64,000 bases of DNA from Bacillota bacterium (GTDB taxonomy: Bacteria; Bacillota; Clostridia; Tissierellales; MES13). Of this stretch, positions 40,175-49,420 are shown piece by piece. The stretch is taken from NCBI GenBank assembly GCA_009711765.1, contig VEND01000050.1:8502-72501 (forward strand), given 5' to 3'. The notes under the pieces are model-generated. The model had not been told where the DNA came from. It did not search any database and saw nothing but the letters and a program-made list of their open reading frames with translations. Both the position numbers and the translations under genes were made by a program. The stretch's first letter is position 1; every line of letters starts with the position of its first letter.

Positions 40175-40615
40175 ATGAAAAATATAAATCAAAAAGATTA
40201 TAAAAATTATGTAGATGGTATTGTACCAAAACCTACATATCTTAAAAATTGTATATGGGCATTTATTATAGGCGGATTAATATGTACGTTTGGCCAATTT
40301 ATAACAGAACTTGTTATGAACTACGGATTAAATAAGAAAGAAGCAGCTACAGCTACTCCCATAATATTAATATTTTTAGGAGCTTTTTTTACAGGGTTGG
40401 GCTTATATGACAGATTAGGAAAATTTGCGGGCGCTGGTTCAATTGTTCCTATAACAGGCTTTGCTAATTCAATAGTATCACCTGCCATGGAATTTAAAAG
40501 AGAAGGATATGTACTAGGAGTAGCAGCTAAAATGTTTTCAATTGCTGGTCCAGTTTTAGTATATGGTTTTGGAAGTTCAGTAATAGTTGGTATTATTTAT
40601 TATTTTATTGATTAG
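40175..40615 (+). CDS. spoVAC: Stage V sporulation protein AC
   Basis: Conserved sequence (GIVPKP...NCIWAFIIGGLICTFGQ...GAGSIVPITGFANS). Confidence 0.9.
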   Translation: MKNINQKDYKNYVDGIVPKPTYLKNCIWAFIIGGLICTFGQFITELVMNYGLNKKEAATATPIILIFLGAFFTGLGLYDRLGKFAGAGSIVPITGFANSIVSPAMEFKREGYVLGVAAKMFSIAGPVLVYGFGSSVIVGIIYYFID

Positions 40616-40628
40616 GAGTGTGAATAAT

Positions 40629-41648
40629 TTGGCGATTAAAAAGTTAGGTAGTCAAACAATATTATTTAAAAATCCTCCCTCTATTATAGCAACTGGCTCT
40701 ATAGTTGGTCCTAAAGAAGGAGAAGGACCTTTGAAAAATTATTATGATGTAATATTAAATGATGATTTAAAGAATGAAAAATCTTGGGAGAAATGTGAAT
40801 CAAAAATGCAAATAGATGCGATTAATACAGCCCTAAATAAAAGTAATTTGACAGAGAAAGACATTGATTATTTATTTGCTGGAGATTTACTTAATCAAAT
40901 AATTTCATCAGGGTTTGCTGCTAGAAAATTAGCCATACCTTTTTTTGGATTATATGGAGCTTGTTCTACTATGACCGAATCCTTAAGCTTAGGAGCGATG
41001 GCAGTTGACGGTGGTTTTGCTGATAAAGTAATTTGTGTTACCTCTAGTCATTTTAGCACAGCTGAAAGACAGTTTAGATACCCTTTAGAACTTGGTAATC
41101 AAAGAGCATTAACGACACAATGGACAGTTACAGGATCAGGAGCTGCGATATTATCATCGGAGGATAAAGGTCCATTTATTACTCATGTTACAACAGGAAA
41201 AGTTGTTGATCCAGGAATAAAGGATGTTAATAATATGGGAGCAGCTATGGCTCCAGCTGCAGCGGATACTATAGTACAGCATTTTAAAGATAGTGGTTTT
41301 AAAATTGATGATTATGATTTAATTATAACCGGTGATTTAGCAACTATAGGAAAAGGGATAGCTTTGGATTTAATAAAAAAAGAAGGTTTTGATATAACTA
41401 GTATTTATACAGATTGTGGTATTGAAATATTTGATAATAAAAAACAAGATACCCATTCAGGAGGAAGTGGGTGTGGATGTTCTGCAGTTGTATTTACAGG
41501 ATATATTTATAAAGAGATGTTAGAAGGGAATGTAAATAGAGTTTTATTAGTTTCAACAGGAGCATTACATTCACCTACTTCTGTACAACAGGGAGAGTCA
41601 GTACCTGGTATAGCTCATGCCATAACAATAAGTAATAAAAAAGATTAG
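40629..41648 (+). CDS. spoVAD: Stage V sporulation protein AD (thiolase-like fold)
   Basis: Contains KKLGSQTILFKNPPSIIATGSIVGPKEGEGPL.... The start is set at TTG 40629, 10 nt after AGGAG. The track's earlier start overlaps spoVAC. Confidence 0.9.
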   Translation: MAIKKLGSQTILFKNPPSIIATGSIVGPKEGEGPLKNYYDVILNDDLKNEKSWEKCESKMQIDAINTALNKSNLTEKDIDYLFAGDLLNQIISSGFAARKLAIPFFGLYGACSTMTESLSLGAMAVDGGFADKVICVTSSHFSTAERQFRYPLELGNQRALTTQWTVTGSGAAILSSEDKGPFITHVTTGKVVDPGIKDVNNMGAAMAPAAADTIVQHFKDSGFKIDDYDLIITGDLATIGKGIALDLIKKEGFDITSIYTDCGIEIFDNKKQDTHSGGSGCGCSAVVFTGYIYKEMLEGNVNRVLLVSTGALHSPTSVQQGESVPGIAHAITISNKKD

Positions 41649-41658
41649 GAGTGAAATA

Positions 41659-42015
41659 ATGGATTATATTAAAGCTTTTTTAGTTGGAGGAATTATATGT
41701 GTAATAGGACAATTGCTAATGGATGGAACAAAAATGACTCCTGCCCATGTACTTGTAACCTTTGTAACCTCAGGAGTAATTTTGACTGCTATAGGAATAT
41801 ATGAACCTATTGCAAATTTCGGTGGTGCAGGCGCTACAGTACCATTACCTGGATTTGGTTATGCTTTAGGGAAAGGAGTTATAGAAGCAGTGAATAAAGA
41901 TGGGATATTAGGAATTTTTACAGGAGGTATTCAAGCTACCGCTGGCGGTGTGGCTGCTGCAGTATTTTTTGGATATTTAATGTCAGTTATATTTAATCCT
42001 AAGACTAAAAAATAA
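41659..42015 (+). CDS. spoVAEB: Stage V sporulation protein AEB
   Basis: 118 aa, a SpoVAC/SpoVAEB family membrane protein (GGAGATVPLPGFGYAL). Confidence 0.9.
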   Translation: MDYIKAFLVGGIICVIGQLLMDGTKMTPAHVLVTFVTSGVILTAIGIYEPIANFGGAGATVPLPGFGYALGKGVIEAVNKDGILGIFTGGIQATAGGVAAAVFFGYLMSVIFNPKTKK

Positions 42016-42030
42016 GAAATGAAATTCAAA

Positions 42031-42102
42031 AGAAAGGTGGTGAAACTACTATTTATAGAAATTTTGTTGTATTTATATTTCTATAATTTTATGTAGTAGT
42101 TT
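42031..42102 (+). promoter_or_regulatory. Isolated strong Shine-Dalgarno followed by a two-tier hairpin ending 2 nt before the spoVAEA ATG
   Basis: AGAAAGGTGGTGA sits at 42031-42043. The outer stem is AAACTACT (42043-42050) / AGTAGTTT (42095-42102). The inner stem is ATAGAAAT (42055-62) / ATTTCTAT (42077-84). No purine-rich element lies next to ATG 42105. Confidence 0.4.
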
Positions 42103-42104
42103 AT

Positions 42105-42680
42105 ATGAAAAATAATAGGAAAATAATATTAGTTACTGATGGAGATAAAAAGGCATTAAAAGCAGTAGAATTAGCAGCTAAAAACATAGGAGGAAGATGT
42201 ATATCTAGATCTGCTGGAAATCCCACTGAATTAACAGGTAATGAAATTGTTGAGTTAATAAAAATAGCAAAATATGACCCAGTTGTTATAATGGTTGATG
42301 ACAGGGGAGATCCGGGATTTGGTAAGGGAGAAGCTGCATTAAAAGAAGTAATTGAACATTCAGATATTGATGTATTAGGAGTTGTAGCAGTAGCTTCTAA
42401 TACTGAAAATGTTATGGGTATAGAAGTTGATTTCTCTATTGATTGTAAGGGTGAAATTGTTTATGGGGGTGTAGACAAAAACGGTATTAAAACTGAAAAT
42501 AATAAAGTTTATGGTGATACAGTGGATATTATCAATGATTACCATTTTCCATACATAGTAGGAGTAGGAGATGTGGGTAAAATGGATGGAAAAGATGATT
42601 GTAAAATTGGCGCACCAATAATTACAAAAGCTTTAGAAGAAATAATGGATAGGAGTAGCTTATATGAAAAACAACAATAA
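42105..42680 (+). CDS. spoVAEA: Stage V sporulation protein AEA
   Basis: Begins MKNNRKIILVTDGDKKALKAVELAAKNIGGRCIS... (Toprim-like soluble protein). Positioned between spoVAEB and spoVAF. The in-frame upstream region is closed by TAA at 42084-42086. Confidence 0.8.
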   Translation: MKNNRKIILVTDGDKKALKAVELAAKNIGGRCISRSAGNPTELTGNEIVELIKIAKYDPVVIMVDDRGDPGFGKGEAALKEVIEHSDIDVLGVVAVASNTENVMGIEVDFSIDCKGEIVYGGVDKNGIKTENNKVYGDTVDIINDYHFPYIVGVGDVGKMDGKDDCKIGAPIITKALEEIMDRSSLYEKQQ

Positions 42681-44121
42681 TGACTTAGCAAAGGAATTAT
42701 CTCAAAAGATAGGAGTTAATGAAAGTTTTGATGTAGTTAAAAGGGATATTCTGATTGGAGGTAAGGAAGCTTCTCTAATTTTTATAGATGGGTTTATGAA
42801 AGATGAAGCTATGTTATGGATTTTATCAATATTACAAGAAACTAGGAAAGAAGAGATAGTTCCTAATACTTTATCAAAATTAATAAGTAGTAAAATAAAT
42901 TATGTTGAATGTGAAATATCAGATAAAATAGAAGAAATGGAATATATGATTTTATCAGGGGCTTCAGTCTTAATACTTTGTGATACTAATGAAGGAATCA
43001 TAATAGATACAAGAACCTATCCAGCTAGAGGACCAGAAGAACCGGATTTAGAAAGAGTTACAAGGGGATCAAGAGATGGTTTTGTAGAAACAGTTATATT
43101 TAATACTGCACTGATTAGAAGAAGAATAAGAGATCCTAATTTAAGATTTGAAATAAAGAAAGTAGGTAGAAGATCACAAAGTGACGTTGTCATAGGGTAT
43201 ATAAAAGATATAACAAATGAAGATTTAATAAAAAGCATTAAAGATAAGTTAGATAATGTAAAGACAGATTCTTTAGTAATGGCAGAAAAAAGTCTTGAAG
43301 AGTTTATTTTAGGTAGAAGCTGGAATCCATTTCCACAGGCAAAATTTACTGAAAGACCCGATGTTGCAGCTGCTCATTTATTGGAAGGACATGTCATAGT
43401 TATGGTAGATACAACCCCTAGTGTTATGATTTTACCGGTAACATTATTTCATTTTACTCAGCATGCTGAGGATTATTACCAGAATCCAACTATAGGAACG
43501 TATTTAAGGTGGGTTAGATTTTTGGCTATAAGTTTTTCATATATATTACCTGCACTTTGGTTACTATTAGTAATAAATAAAGGTATTTTACCTGATAGCT
43601 TAAAGTTTTTAGGTCCTAAAGAAACAGGACAGGTACCACTTTTATTGCAATTCATAATATTAGAATTAGGTTTAGATATGTTAAGAATAGCTTCAATACA
43701 TACACCTAACGCTTTAACAACTTCGCTTGGTATTATTGGAGCTTTATTACTTGGAGATTTTGCAGTAAAAGTTGGTTGGTTTACACCAGAAACAGTGCTT
43801 TATGGTGCAATAGCTGGTATAGGTATGTTTGCAACACCGAGTATAGAATTTGCACTATCGCTAAGATTATTTAGGTTAATACAGCTAATATTAACAGGAT
43901 TATTTAACATTTATGGATTTGTTATAGGATTATTGTTTTTATCAATTACTTTGTTAAGAACTAAATCTTTTGGTGGTATAAACTATTTATGGCCACTTAT
44001 ACCATTTAATAAAAGAGCATTATCAACTATATTCTTTAGAAAACCAATACCTGAAGTAAGATTAAGACCCGAAATTTTAAGAACAAAGGATTCTGATTCA
44101 AAACCACCAGAAAATAATTAA
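42664..44121 (+). CDS. spoVAF: Stage V sporulation protein AF (GerA-family A-subunit homologue)
   Basis: GerA-type soluble domain (RTYPARGPEEPDLERVTRGSRDGFVET) plus a C-terminal multi-TM domain. It overlaps spoVAEA by 17 nt. Confidence 0.85.
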   Translation: MKNNNNDLAKELSQKIGVNESFDVVKRDILIGGKEASLIFIDGFMKDEAMLWILSILQETRKEEIVPNTLSKLISSKINYVECEISDKIEEMEYMILSGASVLILCDTNEGIIIDTRTYPARGPEEPDLERVTRGSRDGFVETVIFNTALIRRRIRDPNLRFEIKKVGRRSQSDVVIGYIKDITNEDLIKSIKDKLDNVKTDSLVMAEKSLEEFILGRSWNPFPQAKFTERPDVAAAHLLEGHVIVMVDTTPSVMILPVTLFHFTQHAEDYYQNPTIGTYLRWVRFLAISFSYILPALWLLLVINKGILPDSLKFLGPKETGQVPLLLQFIILELGLDMLRIASIHTPNALTTSLGIIGALLLGDFAVKVGWFTPETVLYGAIAGIGMFATPSIEFALSLRLFRLIQLILTGLFNIYGFVIGLLFLSITLLRTKSFGGINYLWPLIPFNKRALSTIFFRKPIPEVRLRPEILRTKDSDSKPPENN

Positions 44122-44142
44122 AAGGCTGAATACTCAGCCTTT
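44121..44142. terminator. Bidirectional terminator between spoVAF and the PBP gene
   Basis: AAAGGCTGA atac TCAGCCTTT, flanked by A- and T-rich runs and touching both stop codons. Confidence 0.8.
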
Positions 44143-47100
44143 TAATTATTTTTATTATTTTGTTTTCTTTTATCATCACCGTTAATAGAATTGTCTTTAT
44201 TGCTATTTTTATTATTAGAATCTTTGTTAGGTTTGTTTTTTTCATCGGAATCATTAATATCATCAGTATCGTTATTATCATTAAAGAACCAATCATTAAT
44301 TATATCTCTAAAATCGTCACCTTCAGGTTCTGTATGAACTTCACATTCTTCAGTAGGAACACTATATTTGTAATCCCTTGGTGGTGTTGCTTCAGGATGG
44401 TCCTTAGGAATATATTGTGGTTGTCTCTTTATATAAACTTTCATTTCTCTTACTTCATCGGGACAATAATCATTAACTAATTTTCCATTAGTACTGTCTA
44501 CTGCAACTTCAACATGTGTTTCACAATATTTAGTAGGTTCTGTACCTTGAATGAATATTTCTGATCTTGTTCTATTACCACGTTGATCTTTTTCACATAA
44601 ATCTGTTGCTAACTTTCCAGAATCCATACATATTGTTCTTGTTACAAAACCTTTAGGTTTATCAAAATCTTTAGGTTTTAATCCTTTATCCTCATGAATT
44701 TGCAACATTACTTTACTCCATAAAATTGAAGCTAATTTACTACCGTCACTTAATTTTATTGCTTGATTATCATTACCAATCCAGACACCTGCTGAATAAT
44801 AAGGTGTATAGCCAACAAACCATGCATCGGATTTATTTTGAGTAGTTCCAGTTTTCCCTGCAACCGGAATTTTAGTATTATATCTATATATTTGAGCTCT
44901 ACTACCGGTTCCATTTGTTACAGCGCTTTTTAATATATCAGTCATTAAATATGAAACTTGAGGTCTAACTACGATGTTTTTTCTTGGTTTATTTTCAAGT
45001 ATTATTTTTCCATCTCTATCTTCAACCTTAGTATATACTATAGGCTGAGTGTGAATCCCATTATTAGCAATAGAACTATAAGCAGAAGTCATTGTTAAAG
45101 GAGTTATACCATTGGTCATTCCTCCTAAAGCTAACGGAGCTAAGTCTTCATCAAAAGTACCACTACCCATCTTTCTAGCCTCTTCTTCTGTTCTAAATGT
45201 ATCTTTTGAAGGATCTTCTGAATTAATAACTCCTAAACTTGTTAAATATTCAGTAGAAGTATTAACTCCTATCTTTTTTAACATTTTTACAGAAGCTACA
45301 TTTACAGATTGTTCCACAGCATATCTTAAAGTCATTAATCCTTTATATCCAGAATACCAGTTTTTAGGCCATAATTCATTTGATTTATTATAATGTGCTA
45401 CATCATCAATTATAGATGCTGCAGTAAAACCATTATCTAGTGCTGGTAAATATACAGCTATAGGTTTAATAGATGAACCAGGCTGTCTAGGAGAATCGGT
45501 AGCTCTATTTAATAATCTACTACCTTTAATATCTCTACCTCCTACTAAAGCTTTGACTTGTCCTGTAGTATAATCCATTATAGTCATTGCCGATTGAGGT
45601 TGAACTACACCAGTTTTATTTATATAAAAGTATTTTGGATTAATTAATAATGTATTGTTTGATATAGTGTAGAAATCTTTATTCTTATTTAAGAAATCTT
45701 TCTTAATAATAAATTGCTTATTATTTTTATCAACAGTATATTTGTTCTTTGGTATATCTAGTGCCCATGTTGTATGGGTGATTAAATTTTTATTTGTGTC
45801 TATACTATAATAGTCTCCAACGGAAAGATTTTTGTAATAAATTTTGTTATTTTTAATTGCAAGGTCACCATTATTTTTTAATGCATAAGTGCCTTTATTA
45901 ATTTTTAAGTTATAATTTTCATCTAATAAATTAGACTTTTTGTAAAATACTATACGACCGTAACTGTCTAATATATTTCCGTATCTGTCAATAGAGCGTT
46001 TAACTAATGATAAACCATCTGACTTTCCGTAAAGTTCAGAAGTAACACTTTTAACAAAATTTTCATAGACATTTTCAACCTTACTTTGCATTTTAATATC
46101 CATAGTGGAATAAATTTTTAACCCACCTGTGTATAATGCCCTTTGTGCTTGTTCTTCAGTATAATCTCCTGTTGCTATTAAATCTTCTACAACTCTTTTC
46201 TTAACATAATCGTTAAAATAGGATGTTTCAATGTGTTTATTTTTCTTAAGGCCTGGTTTTATTGCTGCTCTCATATCTTCATTTAATGCATTCTGATACT
46301 CATCTTCTGTAATCATACCTAAATCTCTCATTTTTGATAAAATTATCTTTTGTCGTTCAACTGCTTCTTTATTAAAAAGTGCTGCATATTTTTTCCCACT
46401 TATTTCAACATAGCCGACTAAATCTTTAGAATCTTCTGATACGTTACTAGGATTAGTTCGATTATATAATGAAAGTTTAGAAGGATGTTTTGTAATACCT
46501 GCTATCATAGCACTTTCAGCTATAGTAAGTTCACTGGCATCCTTTGAAAAATAAGTTTGTGCAGCTGCTTGAACACCATAAGCACCTTGCCCTAAATAAA
46601 TCGTATTTAAATACGATTTAAGAATTTGTCTTTTTGTAAGTTGTCTTTCCATTTGAATAGCAATATACATTTCTTTGATTTTTCTAGTAAATTCTTTATC
46701 TGCATTCAAATAGATGTTTCTAGCAAGCTGTTGTGTTATTGTACTGGCGCCTTGAACTAAAGCACCTTTTTTAATATCAGTTATTGCTGCTCTAATAATT
46801 CCTTTTGGATCTACCCCGTGATGGTCCCAAAACCTTTCATCTTCTATAGCTATTATGGCATTTTCTAAATGGTCAGATATTTCATCTAAACTGACTATTG
46901 TTCTAAATTCTTCTGTTTGAATTTGTTCTATTAATTTGCCATTAGCATCGTAGATAAATGAATTTTCATTAAGCATACTTACATCTTTTTCAAAGTTCAT
47001 ATCCTCGGGTACGTTTTTAATTGTAGCTATAAAAAGGCCACCAGCAGCTCCTGCTCCAATAAATAAAGTAAAAATTACTACGACTAAAATAACTCTAAAA

Positions 47101-47171
47101 ATACTAATTTTTTTCTTTTTCTTTTTATTTTTAGTCTTACGTTTTGTTCTTTTCTTATCATTTTCAGACAT
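44142..47171 (-). CDS. Class A penicillin-binding protein (glycosyltransferase + transpeptidase), 1009 aa
   Basis: GT51 motifs (EDERFWDHHGVD, GASTITQQLARN, RKIKEMYIAIQMER). Transpeptidase motifs SxxK (GSSIKP), SxN (QSVN) and KTG (GKTGTT). Basic N-terminus plus a TM anchor. Long internal insert and C-terminal extension. Confidence 0.9.
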   Translation of the reverse strand: MSENDKKRTKRKTKNKKKKKKISIFRVILVVVIFTLFIGAGAAGGLFIATIKNVPEDMNFEKDVSMLNENSFIYDANGKLIEQIQTEEFRTIVSLDEISDHLENAIIAIEDERFWDHHGVDPKGIIRAAITDIKKGALVQGASTITQQLARNIYLNADKEFTRKIKEMYIAIQMERQLTKRQILKSYLNTIYLGQGAYGVQAAAQTYFSKDASELTIAESAMIAGITKHPSKLSLYNRTNPSNVSEDSKDLVGYVEISGKKYAALFNKEAVERQKIILSKMRDLGMITEDEYQNALNEDMRAAIKPGLKKNKHIETSYFNDYVKKRVVEDLIATGDYTEEQAQRALYTGGLKIYSTMDIKMQSKVENVYENFVKSVTSELYGKSDGLSLVKRSIDRYGNILDSYGRIVFYKKSNLLDENYNLKINKGTYALKNNGDLAIKNNKIYYKNLSVGDYYSIDTNKNLITHTTWALDIPKNKYTVDKNNKQFIIKKDFLNKNKDFYTISNNTLLINPKYFYINKTGVVQPQSAMTIMDYTTGQVKALVGGRDIKGSRLLNRATDSPRQPGSSIKPIAVYLPALDNGFTAASIIDDVAHYNKSNELWPKNWYSGYKGLMTLRYAVEQSVNVASVKMLKKIGVNTSTEYLTSLGVINSEDPSKDTFRTEEEARKMGSGTFDEDLAPLALGGMTNGITPLTMTSAYSSIANNGIHTQPIVYTKVEDRDGKIILENKPRKNIVVRPQVSYLMTDILKSAVTNGTGSRAQIYRYNTKIPVAGKTGTTQNKSDAWFVGYTPYYSAGVWIGNDNQAIKLSDGSKLASILWSKVMLQIHEDKGLKPKDFDKPKGFVTRTICMDSGKLATDLCEKDQRGNRTRSEIFIQGTEPTKYCETHVEVAVDSTNGKLVNDYCPDEVREMKVYIKRQPQYIPKDHPEATPPRDYKYSVPTEECEVHTEPEGDDFRDIINDWFFNDNNDTDDINDSDEKNKPNKDSNNKNSNKDNSINGDDKRKQNNKNN

Positions 47172-47408
47172 TTTTTAACCTCCTTAAGTAGGATGAAGGC
47201 AAGAGTATAGAATATATAAATATCAAAACAATTATATCATATAAATATATGGATGTTAAATAGTTAATATTGTTAGATTAAAGATTACAATTATATTCAC
47301 TCATATATAAATTATACCAATATTTAGCATAATAAATACCTAAAAATATAAATCATATTTTTGAAACTTATAGAAATTTAAGCATATATTATAATAAGGG
47401 GGGCCTTT

Positions 47409-48065
47409 ATGAAAAGAAAAAGTAGGAAAAAGAAGACATTTATTGCTATGGTTTTCTTACTAGTCGCATTTATATATCTTTTTATTATAGTTGATAGAAA
47501 CCTTAAACCAACTGTTTTAGCTTTAAGTGAAGTAAAAGCTAGGATGATAGGGACACAAGCGATAAATGATGCTGTAAGTATGAAAATTAAAGATGAAATT
47601 AAATATAGAGATTTAATTTTCATTAAATATGATAGTAATGGAAAAGTAACAATGATACAAGCAAATACAGTTATGATGAATTCTATAGCTTCTGATGTTG
47701 CATTGACTGTACAAGAAAAAATAAGACAAATTGCAGTAAAAAGTATAGAAATTCCTTTAGGAAATGCTTTTAATAGTCAATTGTTAGCTCAACGTGGACC
47801 AAGGATAAATGTAGATATCGTACCTCAAGGGTCAGTGAGTGTAGATTTTTCAACTGAATTTGAAGAATCTGGTCTTAATCAAACTATACATAGAGTTTTT
47901 CTAACAATACAAGCAGATGTTAGAGTAATTATACCTCTAGCGTCTGATACTGTAAAAATTTCTTCTACAGTGCCTATTGCTGAAACAGTAATAGTAGGAG
48001 ATGTACCAGAAAGTTATGTAAATGTTCCAAAGGATGAATTTATAAATCTTATTCCTGGAAGTTAA
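47409..48065 (+). CDS. yunB: Sporulation protein YunB
   Basis: 218 aa with an N-terminal TM anchor and conserved body (LKPTVLALSEVKARMIGTQAINDAV...QANTVMMN...). Confidence 0.8.
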   Translation: MKRKSRKKKTFIAMVFLLVAFIYLFIIVDRNLKPTVLALSEVKARMIGTQAINDAVSMKIKDEIKYRDLIFIKYDSNGKVTMIQANTVMMNSIASDVALTVQEKIRQIAVKSIEIPLGNAFNSQLLAQRGPRINVDIVPQGSVSVDFSTEFEESGLNQTIHRVFLTIQADVRVIIPLASDTVKISSTVPIAETVIVGDVPESYVNVPKDEFINLIPGS

Positions 48066-48128
48066 TATATTTGAATAGAAGAATAAATTTGATATACTTA
48101 TGAAAAGAAAGAGTAGAGGTGATTTGAT

Positions 48129-49409
48129 TTGTATAAGGCAAAAAAAGAAAGGGTTTTATTAGTAGGAGTTGACTTAAAAACTAAGAAAAAGGATAGAATT
48201 GATATAAAAAGTTCAATAGGAGAACTTAAGAAATTAGCTGAAGCTGCTGGTGGTTTAGTTATAGAAAATATAATTCAAAATAAAGAAAAGATTAATCCGG
48301 CTTGTTATATAGGGAAAGGAAAAGCTGAGGAGATTGCAAGATACTGTGAGGAACTAAATATAAATTTAATTGTTTTTAATGATGAACTTTCTGGAACACA
48401 ATTAAGAAATTTAGAAGATATAATTGGAAAAAGAGTTATTGACAGAACAGCACTTATTTTAGACATTTTTGCTAAACGGGCAACAACTAAGGAAGGAAAA
48501 TTACAAGTAGAATTAGCACAACTTAAATATAGGTTACCTAGATTAGTTGGATTAGGAACGGAATTATCACGAACAGGAGCTGGTATAGGTACTAGAGGTC
48601 CTGGGGAAAAGAAACTTGAAATTGATAGAAGACATATATCTTCTAGGATTAATGAGGTTAAAAATCAATTAAAAAATATTGAAAATATCAGAAAAACTAA
48701 AAGAACAAAACGATTGAATTCACGCATCCCAATAGTAGCTTTAGTTGGCTATACAAATGCAGGGAAATCAACACTACTTAATACAATTATTAAGAATAAT
48801 GAGGACTATAAAAAAGAAAGAGAAGTTTTTACTTACGATATGTTATTTGCTACCTTAGAAACTAATTTAAGAAAAGCAACATTGCCAAATGGCCAAAATA
48901 TATTAATTACTGATACTGTAGGGTTTGTAAATAAACTACCTACACATTTAATTGAAGCATTTAAAGGAACATTAGAGGAAGTTATTTATGCTGATTTATT
49001 GTTACATGTTGTTGATATAACAAATGAAAACTTAGATATACAATTTGATACTACTTTAGAAATATTAAAGGAGTTAGGAGTAAATAAAAAACCAACAATT
49101 ACAGTATTTAATAAAGTTGATAGGAAAAAATCAACTGAAATAAATTACAATATAAAGGGACCTAAAGCTTTTATATCAGCAAAAGAAAAAATAAATATAA
49201 GTGAACTTTTAAAAGTGGTTGAAGACAGTTTACCTAGACAGTTTTATGATGTAAAGTTATTGATTCCTTTTAGTGAAAGCGACATAGTTTCATATTTATT
49301 TGATAGTACTAAAGTAAAGGAATTTAAACATACACAAAAGGGGACATATATTGAAACTACTGTTAATGAAATCGATTATGAAAAGTATAGAAGTTATATA
49401 ACTGAGTAA
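48129..49409 (+). CDS. hflX: GTPase HflX
   Basis: HflX N-domain (IFAKRATTKEGKLQVELAQLKYRLPRL), G1 GYTNAGKST, G3 DTVGF and G4 NKVD. TTG start after AGAGGTGA. Confidence 0.9.
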   Translation: MYKAKKERVLLVGVDLKTKKKDRIDIKSSIGELKKLAEAAGGLVIENIIQNKEKINPACYIGKGKAEEIARYCEELNINLIVFNDELSGTQLRNLEDIIGKRVIDRTALILDIFAKRATTKEGKLQVELAQLKYRLPRLVGLGTELSRTGAGIGTRGPGEKKLEIDRRHISSRINEVKNQLKNIENIRKTKRTKRLNSRIPIVALVGYTNAGKSTLLNTIIKNNEDYKKEREVFTYDMLFATLETNLRKATLPNGQNILITDTVGFVNKLPTHLIEAFKGTLEEVIYADLLLHVVDITNENLDIQFDTTLEILKELGVNKKPTITVFNKVDRKKSTEINYNIKGPKAFISAKEKINISELLKVVEDSLPRQFYDVKLLIPFSESDIVSYLFDSTKVKEFKHTQKGTYIETTVNEIDYEKYRSYITE

Positions 49410-49420
49410 GGAAGGTTAAT

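Noticed and set aside
42040-42096. 18-codon ORF (GTG AAA CTA ... ATG TAG) inside the spoVAEB-spoVAEA spacer.
   Set aside because: Its GTG is embedded in the SD string itself (zero spacing) and the peptide is Leu/Phe/Tyr-rich shadow-like. The region is better explained as RNA structure.
47172-47408. Sporulation-sigma (sigma-E/G/K) promoter matches upstream of yunB, yqfC (2340-2400) and spoVAA (39120-39170).
   Set aside because: Partial matches exist (for example CATATATT upstream of yunB and CATAAATT upstream of yqfC). However, the spacing to any -35-like ATA element did not fit the consensus I recall, so they are not reported as features.
48100-48162. 20-codon uORF (MKRKSRGDLICIRQKKKGFY) overlapping the hflX start out of frame. 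It is reminiscent of leader-peptide attenuation described for resistance-type hflX genes, and its first 19 nt resemble the yunB start (47409-47427; 17 of 19 identical).
   Set aside because: There is no SD before the uORF ATG, and no terminator/antiterminator structure between it and hflX. The purine-rich similarity to yunB is most simply low-complexity coincidence, since the same bases serve as the hflX SD.
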